A stretch of 55,087 bases of DNA from an uncultured Rhizobiaceae group bacterium (GCA_937944165.1 CALDZF010000021.1:1-55087), one strand, 5' to 3'; positions 29,896-41,496 are shown, numbered from the stretch's first letter. Numbers and translations are program-made. Notes: generated by a model not told the origin, from the sequence alone.

Positions 29896-30822
29896 TCAAA
29901 CAACTTTCGCGATGATTGCATCAATGCCTAAAGCGCTGAATAATGCAAAGAGATAGAAGATAGAATAACCAAAGAGTTTCTTTTCATGTGCATATTGATT
30001 TTCTGAATTACCCTTAGACCATACTTTGTAGGCAAGCCATGCAAAATAGCCGTTTAGCAGCACAGCGATAATACCATAATAAATCGAAGCAAATCCCATT
30101 AAAGCAGGCAACATACCTGCAATCGCAAGTGGCACTGAATAAGCAAGGATTTGATTACGGGTAGATTTTTCACCTTTGACATTAGGCATCATCGGAACGC
30201 CAGCACTGTCATAATCTTGTAAACGCCAAAGTGCCAAAGCCCAAAAGTGTGGCGGTGTCCATAAAAAGATAATAGCAAAAAGCACAATGCTTTCTATTGT
30301 TATACTGCCTGTAACTGCAGCCCAGCCAATCATTGGAGGGAAAGCACCTGCTGCACCACCAATAACAATATTTTGCGGTGTAGAGCGTTTCAACCACATT
30401 GTGTAAACCACTGCATAAAAGAAGATGGTAAATCCAAGCAAAAATGCTGATAGCCAATTCACCAAAAGACCAAGAACAGCGATTGAAAAGAAAGAAAGCA
30501 CCATGCCAAATGAAAATGCTTGTGAAGCTTCTACGCGCCCATCAGGAATTGGGCGCTTGGCAGTTCTGTCCATTACGGCATCAATATCGGCATCGTACCA
30601 CATGTTCAATGCACCTGATGCGCCTGCACCTATTGAAATACAAAGGATAGCGACGAACCCAAGAAACGGGTTAATATTACCCGGCGCCATCAGCATACCT
30701 ATAATGGCAGTAAAGATAACCAGATACATAACACGCGGTTTCAGCAGGCGATAAAAATCAGCAGGCATTGCAGTAGTAATGCCAGTTGTTTGATTATCTT
30801 GCTGTGCTGTATCAACGCTCAT
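29896..30822 (-). CDS. ctaB: Protoheme IX farnesyltransferase (heme O synthase)
   Basis: 308 aa polytopic UbiA-family protein with [21 protein letters not shown]. Confidence 0.93.
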   Translation of the reverse strand: MSVDTAQQDNQTTGITTAMPADFYRLLKPRVMYLVIFTAIIGMLMAPGNINPFLGFVAILCISIGAGASGALNMWYDADIDAVMDRTAKRPIPDGRVEASQAFSFGMVLSFFSIAVLGLLVNWLSAFLLGFTIFFYAVVYTMWLKRSTPQNIVIGGAAGAFPPMIGWAAVTGSITIESIVLFAIIFLWTPPHFWALALWRLQDYDSAGVPMMPNVKGEKSTRNQILAYSVPLAIAGMLPALMGFASIYYGIIAVLLNGYFAWLAYKVWSKGNSENQYAHEKKLFGYSIFYLFALFSALGIDAIIAKVV

Positions 30823-30880
30823 CTACGCAACCCTTATGAGTTACAAGCCACTGATTAAATCCAGCGGCTTGTTTTTTAAC

Positions 30881-32503
<1,623 letters not shown>

Positions 32504-33445
32504 TTACTGCGCATTTTGAGCGAGTTTGGTATTTTTCCTGTTTTCGATGCGAGCCATCAAAGTTTTATTTGCGTTTTCCAAGCTTGAAGTTGCTTCTAAC
32601 TGCCATGTCTCGAAATCTTTTCGTGATACAACGCGAATTGCAATTGGCATAAACGAATGTAAGCGGCCGCATAGTTCTGAACACTGGCCGTAGTAAATAC
32701 CAGTATTGTTTGCCTTGAACCAAGTTTCATTTGTGCGTCCTGGAATAGCGTCCATTTTCAAACCAAATGCAGGCATGGCAAAATTATGAATAACACCATC
32801 TGGATCGCCTGTTACCAAAATACGTATTGTCTCGCCCACAGGAACAATCATTTCGTTATCGACGGTAAGCAATCTTGGGTATTCGGCGATATCCGTTTTA
32901 CCAAGTTCTTCGCGCACTGCTAAAATATCTGCCTGAGCCTTTTCATAACCCTCGTCATTTTGATTTACGGTATGCGCATCTTGAGCAATCAGGTAAGAAG
33001 AGATTTCAATTTCACTGTCATCTTGATACTCATATTCCCAAGCCCACGAAACACCAGTTGCCTTGATTGTTAGTGAAGGCTCTTCTTCAGGGTTAAATTG
33101 ACTATCCAAAAGCTCAAAAGAAGGAACTGCAATTGCGATCAGCACGATGATTGGAACAACAGTCCATACAACTTCGATAAATGTGTTGTGGCTTGTTTTT
33201 GAAGGTTCAGGATTTGCCTTCGCATTAAACTTAACCATGACAATCGCCAAAAGTATCATCACGAAAATAGTAATTGGTATGATAAACCAGAATGTATAAG
33301 CATCAAACCATTCGATACTTGCCATCATATCTGAACCAGCAGGCTGGTGCCATAGGCCACCATTAACTGGCAAAGCAAATGCTGACAATGCAGATGCCAT
33401 TAAAATTCCAAATCCTGTTATGATAGAAGCAATCGCTCTCATCAT
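32504..33445 (-). CDS. ctaC: Cytochrome c oxidase subunit II
   Basis: CuA site H...CSELCGRLHSFM, two TM helices and a signal peptide. Confidence 0.93.
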   Translation of the reverse strand: MMRAIASIITGFGILMASALSAFALPVNGGLWHQPAGSDMMASIEWFDAYTFWFIIPITIFVMILLAIVMVKFNAKANPEPSKTSHNTFIEVVWTVVPIIVLIAIAVPSFELLDSQFNPEEEPSLTIKATGVSWAWEYEYQDDSEIEISSYLIAQDAHTVNQNDEGYEKAQADILAVREELGKTDIAEYPRLLTVDNEMIVPVGETIRILVTGDPDGVIHNFAMPAFGLKMDAIPGRTNETWFKANNTGIYYGQCSELCGRLHSFMPIAIRVVSRKDFETWQLEATSSLENANKTLMARIENRKNTKLAQNAQ

Positions 33446-33845
33446 TATTCTCCTGTATAGGCCGCGTAAATAAATCGAGTTAAGAGAACCCTTTCACGCT
33501 ATTGACCATGCCGTAAATTATTACACAATATTCAATTCATGTTTTTGTGTGATTTTCCTGCAAAAAATGCTGAAAACTGTTAGCTTTCTTACAACAAACC
33601 CACTTCTAATTACTAAAACCATATGGACTTGTTAATCGCAATATCAACGATGCATTTATTTATGCGGCATATTTGCACGTTATGAGCTTTGGTCAAATTA
33701 CGGTGAAAAAAGCAAATTAAAGTGTAAATCTGCCACAGTTTCAGGCTTTATTGAATAAAATAAAGGATGAAATTACCCTTGGTTGTTATTGGTTAACGTT
33801 TGCCAGTGATAAATATATGTAAATGCAACTGATTCGGATACAATA

Positions 33846-34355
33846 ATGCACATATTTCAAAAATCCCTATTCCTTTTAACTGCCGTAACAAGCCTTTGGT
33901 CTTTCTCAACCATTGCAGGTTTTGCGCAAGGGGCTGTGAAATCTTCGCATGGTGCGTGGTCAATGGTTTGTGAGACGCCAGCAGGTGCCACCAATGAGCA
34001 ATGCGCACTAATGCAAAACGTTGTTGCACAAGATCGTTCAGAAGTAGGTCTATCGGTGGTTGTTCTTAGAACCGCTGATGGGAAATCTGAAATTATGCGC
34101 GTACTTGCGCCGCTTGGCGTTTTGCTTCCAAATGGGCTTGGATTAAATGTAGACGGCAAAGACATTGGCCGCGCGTATTTTGTACGTTGCTTCCAGGACG
34201 GCTGTTATGCGGAAGTTATTCTTGAAGGCCAACTTCTAGCTGACCTTAAAAAAGGTACAACCGCAACCTTCATAGTATTCCAGACCCCCGAAGAAGGTAT
34301 CGGTATCCCGGTTGACCTTTCAGGGTTTTCAGATGGGTATTCCAAAATTCCATAA
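33846..34355 (+). CDS. ialB: Invasion-associated locus B (IalB) family protein
   Basis: 169 aa with a signal peptide. W...C...QCAL..., LAPLGVLLPNGL and YFVRCFQDGCYA match the IalB pattern. The position between ctaC and tldD is as in Rhizobiales. Confidence 0.8.
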   Translation: MHIFQKSLFLLTAVTSLWSFSTIAGFAQGAVKSSHGAWSMVCETPAGATNEQCALMQNVVAQDRSEVGLSVVVLRTADGKSEIMRVLAPLGVLLPNGLGLNVDGKDIGRAYFVRCFQDGCYAEVILEGQLLADLKKGTTATFIVFQTPEEGIGIPVDLSGFSDGYSKIP

Positions 34356-34446
34356 GGCTTGCAAAGCTTTCTAAATTCCACTCTTGGTTTTTCAGCAATA
34401 AGTGTTATCTCTTAGACAAGAACACTTTGCTGGAGCTTATTTTTTC

Positions 34447-35859
34447 ATGGACAATCTTCTCGATCAATTTGATATTGATAAATCTCAAGTAGAGCGAATG
34501 CTGGCAGATTGCGTTGGGCAAGCCGGAGATGGTGAGCTTTTTATGGAATATTGCGAAACAGAAGGGCTGGTCTTTGATAATGGCAAGCTGAAAACCGGCA
34601 CGTTTGATACACGCCAGGGATTTGGCCTTCGTGCTGTATCTGGTGAAGTATCCGCTTATTCCCATTCAGGCGATATGTCAAAAGCTGGTCTTAAACGTGC
34701 CTGTGATGCAGTTCGTTCTGTTCAATCAGGCAAAGGTGGTACATATGCGTCTGCTCCAAGAGGAACAAACCAAAAGCTTTATTCTCAAGACAACCCCATC
34801 CTTGCACCCAACTTTGAAGACAAGGTAAAATTGCTTGAAGAAATAGATGCTTATGCACGTGATGCGGATGACAAAGTTCGCCAAGTCACGGTTTCTCTGG
34901 GTGCAAATTGGCAAGTTGTTGAGATTTTAAGACCTGATGGTCATTTCGTACGTGATGTGCGCCCTTTAGTAAGAATTGGTGTCAATATTGTTGTTGGGGA
35001 AGGCGACAGGCAAGAAACAGGCTCATTCGGATTTGGCGGACGTACCAATTATGGCGACTTCCTAACAACAGATAGATGGCAACATGCAGTTAGCGAAGCA
35101 TTGCGCATGGCAAATGTTAACCTTGATGCATCCCCCGCCCCTGCTGGTACATTTGATGTAGTTTTGGGAGCTGGTTGGCCTGGCGTTATGCTACATGAAG
35201 CGGTTGGGCATGGCCTTGAAGGCGATTTCAACCGCAAGAAAACATCCGCTTTCTCAGAATTAATGGGACAGCAAGTTGCTTCAAAAGGCGTCACCGTTGT
35301 TGATAATGGTACAATTGATGGAAGACGCGGTTCTCTTTCAATTGATGATGAGGGAACACCTACCAATGACACCGTTTTAATCGAAGACGGTATTTTGGTT
35401 GGCTATATGCAAGACCGTCAAAACGCGCGGCTAATGGGCGTTGAATCAACTGGCAATGGTCGGCGTCAGTCCTACGCACACCAACCCATGCCACGCATGA
35501 CCAACACTTATATGAAATCCGGCGAACATGACCCAAAAGAAATACTGGAATCGGTAAAAGATGGCATTTATGCGGTTTCGTTTGGTGGTGGCCAAGTGGA
35601 CATTACTTCAGGCAAATTTGTGTTTGATTGTACCGAAGCGTATGAAATCAAAGATGGCAAAGTAGGAAGACCGCTCAAAGGTGCAAACCTAATCGGAAAC
35701 GGCCCTGAAGCCATGCAACGCATTGCTATGGTCGGCAATGATATGGCGCTTGATACAGGTATAGGCATGTGCGGCAAAAACGGACAAAGCGTACCAGTGG
35801 GCGTGGGACAGCCGACATTGCGCATGAATGCGGTTACTGTTGGGGGAACCGGAGTTTAG
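34447..35859 (+). CDS. tldD: Metalloprotease TldD
   Basis: HEAVGHGLEGD zinc motif and the C-terminal GMCGKNGQSVPVGVGQPTLR. I prefer the ATG at 34447; the track start at 34402 is GTG. Confidence 0.9.
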   Translation: MDNLLDQFDIDKSQVERMLADCVGQAGDGELFMEYCETEGLVFDNGKLKTGTFDTRQGFGLRAVSGEVSAYSHSGDMSKAGLKRACDAVRSVQSGKGGTYASAPRGTNQKLYSQDNPILAPNFEDKVKLLEEIDAYARDADDKVRQVTVSLGANWQVVEILRPDGHFVRDVRPLVRIGVNIVVGEGDRQETGSFGFGGRTNYGDFLTTDRWQHAVSEALRMANVNLDASPAPAGTFDVVLGAGWPGVMLHEAVGHGLEGDFNRKKTSAFSELMGQQVASKGVTVVDNGTIDGRRGSLSIDDEGTPTNDTVLIEDGILVGYMQDRQNARLMGVESTGNGRRQSYAHQPMPRMTNTYMKSGEHDPKEILESVKDGIYAVSFGGGQVDITSGKFVFDCTEAYEIKDGKVGRPLKGANLIGNGPEAMQRIAMVGNDMALDTGIGMCGKNGQSVPVGVGQPTLRMNAVTVGGTGV

Positions 35860-35871
35860 TTATTATCATTT

Positions 35872-35972
35872 ACTATAAACCTATTGCATAAGATTATAGT
35901 TTTGAGGTAAATACTATAAACTTCATATGTTGGTTTATAGAGGACTATAATGGACAAGCAAGAGTTTATAGA
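35872..35972. promoter_or_regulatory. Array of three ACTATAA-N15-TTATAG(T/A) inverted repeats (putative operators) spanning the fic start codon
   Basis: The repeats lie at 35872-35900, 35913-35941 and 35944-35972. Left half-sites are identical, each spacer is exactly 15 nt, and the third unit encloses the ATG at 35950. Confidence 0.5.
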
Positions 35973-37113
35973 TTCACCGAGCGGAACTATAATCACAACG
36001 ATCAAAAATCAAAGTGCATTTATTCCAAATCCATTACCACCAGTAATAGATTACCCAGCAATTATCGGTTTACAAGAAAAAGCAGCAATTGCTATTGGCG
36101 AACTAAACAAAGCAGGTAATCAATTAGATAACCCATATTTGGTTATACGCCCATTACAAAGACAAGAAGCACTTTTATCTTCTTCAATGGAAGGCACTTA
36201 TACGACTGCTAGCGCACTCGTATTGGCAGATGCAGATGAAGATAAATATGTTGATGCTGCTGCTTTAGAAGTAAGAAATTATATTAGGGCTTTTAATTAT
36301 GCTGAAGCCGAACTAAACAATATTCCTTTATCAAACAGGATAATTAAAGGAGTACACCAAACACTTCTTCAAAACCTTCCGCAAGGACGTGGCGCTAATA
36401 TGCGCCCTGGCGAATTTAAAGATTCGCAGAATTTTATTGGAGGACAAGGGCGTGACATTGAAAAAGCGAGATTTATTCCTCCTCCCCCAGCGGAGACAGT
36501 CGACTCTATGGGTTTATTGGAAAAGTATTTAAATAGAGAAGACCCTGCTGGTATAACACCACTTATTGATGCTGCATTATTTCATTATCAATTTGAAACT
36601 ATTCACCCATTTAATGCTGGTAACGGTCGTGTCGGAAGAATTATGGTTCCAATTTTTTTAATGAGCAAAGGTGTGATTGATAAACCTCTATTATTTGTAA
36701 GCCCATCTGTTGAAGGCAGAAAAGACGAATATGTAGACGCAATGCTTGATGTTTCAAAGACAGGAAACTGGAATGGATGGATAAAATTTTTCTTACAAGC
36801 ACTCATAGATGCATGCGAGGCGGCTACACAAACCATAACTAGATTAATAACATTACGAGACAGTTTTCGCTCAAGAATGGCAAATGCAAAAATGTCTGCG
36901 AGAAATATTATGATTGCAGATCAACTCTTTATTAGCCCAGTTTTGTCTGTTCCTGATGCTGCAGAGCTAATGAAAGTTACGTATGCATCTGCTAAAAATA
37001 CGGTCGATAAAATGGTAGAATTGGAAATTCTATCAGAGCTTGATTTTACAAGCCAACCAAAACAATTTATTTGCCTTGATGTATTAAAAGCAACTGATCC
37101 AAATCTCATATAA
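35950..37113 (+). CDS. Fic-family protein (Fic_N, Fic core and C-terminal HTH-like layout; class-II-type inhibitory motif)
   Basis: Fic motif HPFNAGNGRVGR. N-terminal SxxxEG inhibitory-helix motif (SSSMEG). C-terminal helix-turn-helix-like SVPDAAELMKVTYASAKNTVDKMVELEIL. Confidence 0.9.
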   Translation: MDKQEFIDSPSGTIITTIKNQSAFIPNPLPPVIDYPAIIGLQEKAAIAIGELNKAGNQLDNPYLVIRPLQRQEALLSSSMEGTYTTASALVLADADEDKYVDAAALEVRNYIRAFNYAEAELNNIPLSNRIIKGVHQTLLQNLPQGRGANMRPGEFKDSQNFIGGQGRDIEKARFIPPPPAETVDSMGLLEKYLNREDPAGITPLIDAALFHYQFETIHPFNAGNGRVGRIMVPIFLMSKGVIDKPLLFVSPSVEGRKDEYVDAMLDVSKTGNWNGWIKFFLQALIDACEAATQTITRLITLRDSFRSRMANAKMSARNIMIADQLFISPVLSVPDAAELMKVTYASAKNTVDKMVELEILSELDFTSQPKQFICLDVLKATDPNLI

Positions 37114-37116
37114 AGT

Positions 37117-37740
37117 TTAAGGATACAACTTAACCGTTTCCCACTCCCCATCCAGTTTATCACGATCAAATCTTAGTCTATCGTGTGTTCTAAATTCGCC
37201 ATCGTCCCAAAACTCAATGGATAATGGCATAATGCGGAAACCTGACCAATGGGATGGTCTTGGGACATCTTGTCCTTTGTATTTTGCTTCCAACGCTTTC
37301 ATTGCATCTTCAAACTCTTTGCGCTCAGGCAAAGGTTGTGACTGTTTTGATGCGGAGGATGCTATTTGCGAACCTCTTGGACGCGACTTGAAATACTCAT
37401 CTGCTTCTGCTTCCCTTACAGGCTCAACTTCGCCACGAATACGAATTTGTTTACGCAGTGACTTCCAGTGAAAAACGGCGGCTGCTTTTTTGGACGCCAG
37501 AAGCTCTTCGCCCTTTTGGCTTTCGAAATTCGTGAAGAAGCAGAAGCCTCTCTCATCAAATCTACGCATCAAAACAATACGCACATTTGGCATGCCTTTG
37601 GTGTCTACTGAAGCGACAGACATGGCACTTGGATCATTTGATTCTGACGTAACGGCAATATTTAACCATTCATTAAACAAAACAAACGGATTTTCATTAG
37701 TTTGGTCATTATTTTTTAACCTTGATGTTTCATCATACAT
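37117..37740 (-). CDS. pdxH: Pyridoxamine 5'-phosphate oxidase
   Basis: 207 aa with RIVLMRRFDERGFCFFTNFESQKG, the C-terminal HDRLRF and the final LYP. Confidence 0.92.
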   Translation of the reverse strand: MYDETSRLKNNDQTNENPFVLFNEWLNIAVTSESNDPSAMSVASVDTKGMPNVRIVLMRRFDERGFCFFTNFESQKGEELLASKKAAAVFHWKSLRKQIRIRGEVEPVREAEADEYFKSRPRGSQIASSASKQSQPLPERKEFEDAMKALEAKYKGQDVPRPSHWSGFRIMPLSIEFWDDGEFRTHDRLRFDRDKLDGEWETVKLYP

Positions 37741-37763
37741 TGAAAAGCCATCCTTAGTTTCGC

Positions 37764-38261
37764 GTGGGGCAAATGTTTATTGATCAAAGAAATACAGTTC
37801 GTAATATAAAGTCACAACGGACTAATCTGCATATCGAGCAGTCTACAACTTCTGTCAAGAGTATTGCACGAGCAACATTAATTTCTGTTGCATGTATTAC
37901 TTTACCAGCCTGTTCTGTTTCTTCAAACCCTGGCGTAACAGCGTCCGAAGATCAAATCATTACCGGGTCAGTCACTAAACCTATTGCGCCAGAAGGTATT
38001 GAAACTGCAGACGCAGAAATTATCAAAACAGCTGTTGCCTCATCAGAGACTTCCAACGTGCTTGCATGGCAGAACCCGGAAACCGGCAATAAGGGCACCA
38101 TTACAGCCATTGACAAATTCATTGGTAGCCATGGGCAAAAGTGTAAAAAATTCCAAACGACCGTAGATACGTTTATGGGTATTTCACTTTATAATGGTGA
38201 AACATGTGAATTGAAAAAAGGTTTTTGGGTACTTTCCTGGTTCTTGAAAGACCAAGCTTAA
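37764..38261 (+). CDS. Surface-antigen-like lipoprotein (17-kDa antigen / RT0821-Lpp0805-type)
   Basis: Lipobox LPAC. The C-terminal WQNPETGNKGTITAI...GQKCKKFQTTV...GETCELKKGFWVL resembles the COG4520 surface-antigen family. The start is uncertain (GTG 37764 or ATG 37773). Confidence 0.55.
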   Translation: MGQMFIDQRNTVRNIKSQRTNLHIEQSTTSVKSIARATLISVACITLPACSVSSNPGVTASEDQIITGSVTKPIAPEGIETADAEIIKTAVASSETSNVLAWQNPETGNKGTITAIDKFIGSHGQKCKKFQTTVDTFMGISLYNGETCELKKGFWVLSWFLKDQA

Positions 38262-38331
38262 TCACAAAGATTGCTTAAAGCGCTCCCTCAATAAAAAACC
38301 ATGGATTATATTTCCGTAGCACTACTCAATA

Positions 38332-39360
38332 TTATTGAATGGTACCCCTGATTTCATTATCAAATGAAGCTGTGAATGAATTGCTATGGGGTGGGCCGTA
38401 AAGCTCATGATTATTGATATTGGGCGAAGCAACAATCTTGGGCGTGTAAGCTTTTTCAATAGCTTTGCAAATTTCAGCAGTTTTAAGCGTATAGACTTTT
38501 GAAGCTGCACGTTTGCGAGGATGGAACGGGTCTTTTACACTGCCATTCTTCTTGCGTTTGAAATAGTGATTTTGGCCTTGAATTAATTTGATAGTTTTTT
38601 TGTCCAGAATTTCTACAAATGTACAACGATTGTCAGCTCTTTCAAAGGCTGCCTTGATAGCATTTTGAGCTTTATATCGTTGCTTATTGCGCCTTGGGGT
38701 ATGAATAGGCAGCGTAGACATATAAACACATGGCAAATGCGCTGGCACAAGTTTTGTAAACCTTGCAACATCTATGTCGGCAGATTTTGGATCCTTCGCC
38801 CAACGTTTGGCATTATTACCGAGTATATTAAAAATCAATAATTTAGGGCTGTACCCTGCATCAAACATAGCCTGCATAGGCGTTTTACCTTTTTTGCAGA
38901 ACTGATAATCCTTATGTTCACCAATTTGGACATAAGGCGTATTCTTGGGGCGACCATCCCCCCAGATACTGGCATTAACACCCCATGTAGGATCTTTTTT
39001 ACAAAGGCGATCATACGCCCAGCCTTTTGTAGTCGTCCATGACTGCAAAGAACTTGAACGCGCACCAACAAGCGTTGTACGCATTTTTTGCAGTTCGCTG
39101 AATATCATTTTATGATCAACCACACCATCACAGCGAGTTTCGATATTTTTGAATAGATCAAGGACAACCTCACCCGCACCAAAAGACAATTGGCTATCAC
39201 CAAGCATTAAAATCTCAGGGGATTTAAATTTTCCAGCAGCATGAGCAGGCGCATTTATCATTACAGGGGTAGCTAAAACCACAGCACCCGCCGCAATATT
39301 TAAAATTGTACGGTTAAATTGTACAATTTTTCTGTCTTGCTTTTTGTTTCTATTGCTCAT
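38332..39360 (-). CDS. Secreted SGNH/GDSL-like hydrolase (putative)
   Basis: Signal peptide ending AHAAG. Block I LMLGDSQ (nucleophile Ser), block III-like LGNNA and block V-like DPFHP (Asp-x-x-His). The C-terminal third is very basic and the gene is visibly AT-rich. Confidence 0.45.
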   Translation of the reverse strand: MSNRNKKQDRKIVQFNRTILNIAAGAVVLATPVMINAPAHAAGKFKSPEILMLGDSQLSFGAGEVVLDLFKNIETRCDGVVDHKMIFSELQKMRTTLVGARSSSLQSWTTTKGWAYDRLCKKDPTWGVNASIWGDGRPKNTPYVQIGEHKDYQFCKKGKTPMQAMFDAGYSPKLLIFNILGNNAKRWAKDPKSADIDVARFTKLVPAHLPCVYMSTLPIHTPRRNKQRYKAQNAIKAAFERADNRCTFVEILDKKTIKLIQGQNHYFKRKKNGSVKDPFHPRKRAASKVYTLKTAEICKAIEKAYTPKIVASPNINNHELYGPPHSNSFTASFDNEIRGTIQ

Positions 39361-39605
39361 GTTTTGCCTATGGTTAACAAAAATTAAATTTCTGCTTACT
39401 TTTCAATATCATAAGCTATTTTATAATAACCTAAAATGCACATTTGCGTGAATTGTTGATAAATTTGATTATAGCTAAAAACCCTGAACCTTTACTGAAC
39501 AGGGAATTTATAATTAAGATTGATGATGAACCAGCAACTATACCTTTAATTATTGATAAAAATTTCCCATATGTGCATAAATAACTATCAATTGCAGGAC
39601 GCAAA

Positions 39606-40529
39606 ATGCCTAATCCATACTCTATTCTTGGTGTGCAAAAATCCGCTGATGAAAAAGCCATTAAATCGGCTTTTCGTAAGCTGGCTATGAAGTATCATCC
39701 TGATCAAAATGCTGGAAATACAGCTGCTCAAAAGAAATTCTCACAAATTAACCAAGCCTATGAAATCCTTGGAGACAAACAAAAGCGCGCTCAATACGAC
39801 CGTGGAGAAATTGATGATGAGGGAAAGCCTAAACATCCAGGTTTTCAGGCAAGTGGTAATCCATTTGGAGGTAGTAGACAAGGTGCCAATCCCTTTGGTG
39901 GAGGCGCTGAAGATATATTAAGCGAGATATTTGGCTCTGCATTTGGAGGACAAGCCCAAGCCCAGCGAAATAGTGGTGGCCATCCATTTGCGGGAATGGG
40001 AGGTCAACAACACCAACCAAGACAAGCACAACCTTCACTTGATATAGAGATGAAAGCAGCCGTAACAATTGAAGATTCAATGAGAGGCAAAACAACTGTG
40101 CTCATGCCTGATGGCAAGCAAATTTCTGTTTCTATTCCGCCAGAAGCAGAAGATGGTCAAGTCATTCGCCTTAAAGGCAAAGGTAAAAGCGCACCAGGCA
40201 GGCAACCTGGTGCTGCGTTGGTTACTCTGATTATGAAATCTCATGCGAAATTCAAACGCGAAGGAGTAGATTTAAGAACCGAATTACCAACCCCTTTGCA
40301 AACAGCAGTTCTTGGCGGCAAAGTTGCTGTTGAAACCGTTGATGGAAAACTTTCGCTTAATATTCCGTCTGGAACCAGTTCGGGCAAGATATTTCGTTTG
40401 AAAGGCAAAGGATTGCCCAAAAAGGCTGGTGGCTTTGGTGATTTACTCGCTTCAACCTCAATACAATTGCCAGATAAAGAGATGAAACAATTGGTAACTT
40501 TGTTTGAGAAGTTGAAGTCAGAACAATAA
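39606..40529 (+). CDS. J-domain co-chaperone, CbpA/DnaJ class II-like (no zinc finger)
   Basis: J domain with HPD (KYHPDQN), a Gly/Phe/Gln-rich linker and DnaJ C-terminal substrate-binding repeats. There are no CxxCxGxG motifs. Confidence 0.8.
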   Translation: MPNPYSILGVQKSADEKAIKSAFRKLAMKYHPDQNAGNTAAQKKFSQINQAYEILGDKQKRAQYDRGEIDDEGKPKHPGFQASGNPFGGSRQGANPFGGGAEDILSEIFGSAFGGQAQAQRNSGGHPFAGMGGQQHQPRQAQPSLDIEMKAAVTIEDSMRGKTTVLMPDGKQISVSIPPEAEDGQVIRLKGKGKSAPGRQPGAALVTLIMKSHAKFKREGVDLRTELPTPLQTAVLGGKVAVETVDGKLSLNIPSGTSSGKIFRLKGKGLPKKAGGFGDLLASTSIQLPDKEMKQLVTLFEKLKSEQ

Positions 40530-40661
40530 CAAACCCTGCTTGCGGCTTTACTGGTCTTGTGTCATATAAAATTAAATAACATGCAATAACGGCATGCGGG
40601 GCTATTCAGGCAATTCAAATATTTACCTGTAGCATCAAGAGATGCGTTTGGAGAAAATTTA

Positions 40662-41480
40662 ATGAGTGTTACCAGTGGGCTGATGGCTGGAAAACGCGGC
40701 ATCATAATGGGTGTTGCCAATAATCGTTCTATTGCATGGGGTATTGCAAAGGCTTGTTCTGACGCAGGTGCGGAAATTGCCCTCACATATCAGGGCGAAG
40801 CGCTCAAAAAACGTGTTGCACCACTGGCGGAAGAATTAGGTGCTATTATTGCAGGCGAATGCGATGTTACTGATCCCACCTCAATCGATACCGTCTTTGC
40901 TAACGTTGAAAAAGAATGGGGTAAAATTGATTTCCTCGTTCACGGCATTGCCTTTTCTGACAAAGATGAGTTGACTGGCCGTTACGTTGAAACGACTTCA
41001 GAAAACTTCCGTAAAACCATGGATATTTCAGTTTATTCATTCACTGCTGTCGCGCAACGTGCAGAAAAAATCATGAATGATGGTGGTTCAATGGTTACTC
41101 TGACTTATTACGGCGCAGAAAAAGTCATGCCGCATTATAATGTTATGGGTGTAGCAAAGGCTGCACTGGAAGCGTCCGTTAAATATCTGGCGGTTGATTT
41201 GGGCGGCAGAGGTATTCGTGTAAACTCTGTATCTGCTGGCCCAATTAAAACACTCGCGGCCTCAGGAATTGGTGACTTCCGTTATATCCTAAAGTGGAAT
41301 GAATATAATTCTCCACTAAAACGCACCGTAACAATTGATGAAGTCGGTGATTCAACCATGTATCTCCTTTCTGATCTTTCTCGCGGCGTAACTGGCGAGA
41401 CGCTTCATGTAGATTCAGGTTATCATGTCGTTGGTATGAAGGCCGTTGATGCGCCTGATATTTCCGTTGTGAAAGAATAA
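40662..41480 (+). CDS. fabI: Enoyl-[acyl-carrier-protein] reductase (NADH) FabI
   Basis: 272 aa with GVANNRSIAWGIA, the catalytic Y-x6-K in HYNVMGVAKAALE and SAGPIKTLAASGI. Confidence 0.93.
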   Translation: MSVTSGLMAGKRGIIMGVANNRSIAWGIAKACSDAGAEIALTYQGEALKKRVAPLAEELGAIIAGECDVTDPTSIDTVFANVEKEWGKIDFLVHGIAFSDKDELTGRYVETTSENFRKTMDISVYSFTAVAQRAEKIMNDGGSMVTLTYYGAEKVMPHYNVMGVAKAALEASVKYLAVDLGGRGIRVNSVSAGPIKTLAASGIGDFRYILKWNEYNSPLKRTVTIDEVGDSTMYLLSDLSRGVTGETLHVDSGYHVVGMKAVDAPDISVVKE

Positions 41481-41496
41481 CAGAAAGCGTTTTCTT

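Noticed and set aside
39431-39661. 76-aa minus-strand ORF in the spacer upstream of the J-protein gene. Similar intergenic or overlapping ORFs occur at 33793-34029, 11242-11490 and 17610-17834.
   Set aside because: They overlap the starts of well-supported genes on the other strand or lie in AT-rich promoter regions. They are low-complexity and have no SD or motif support.
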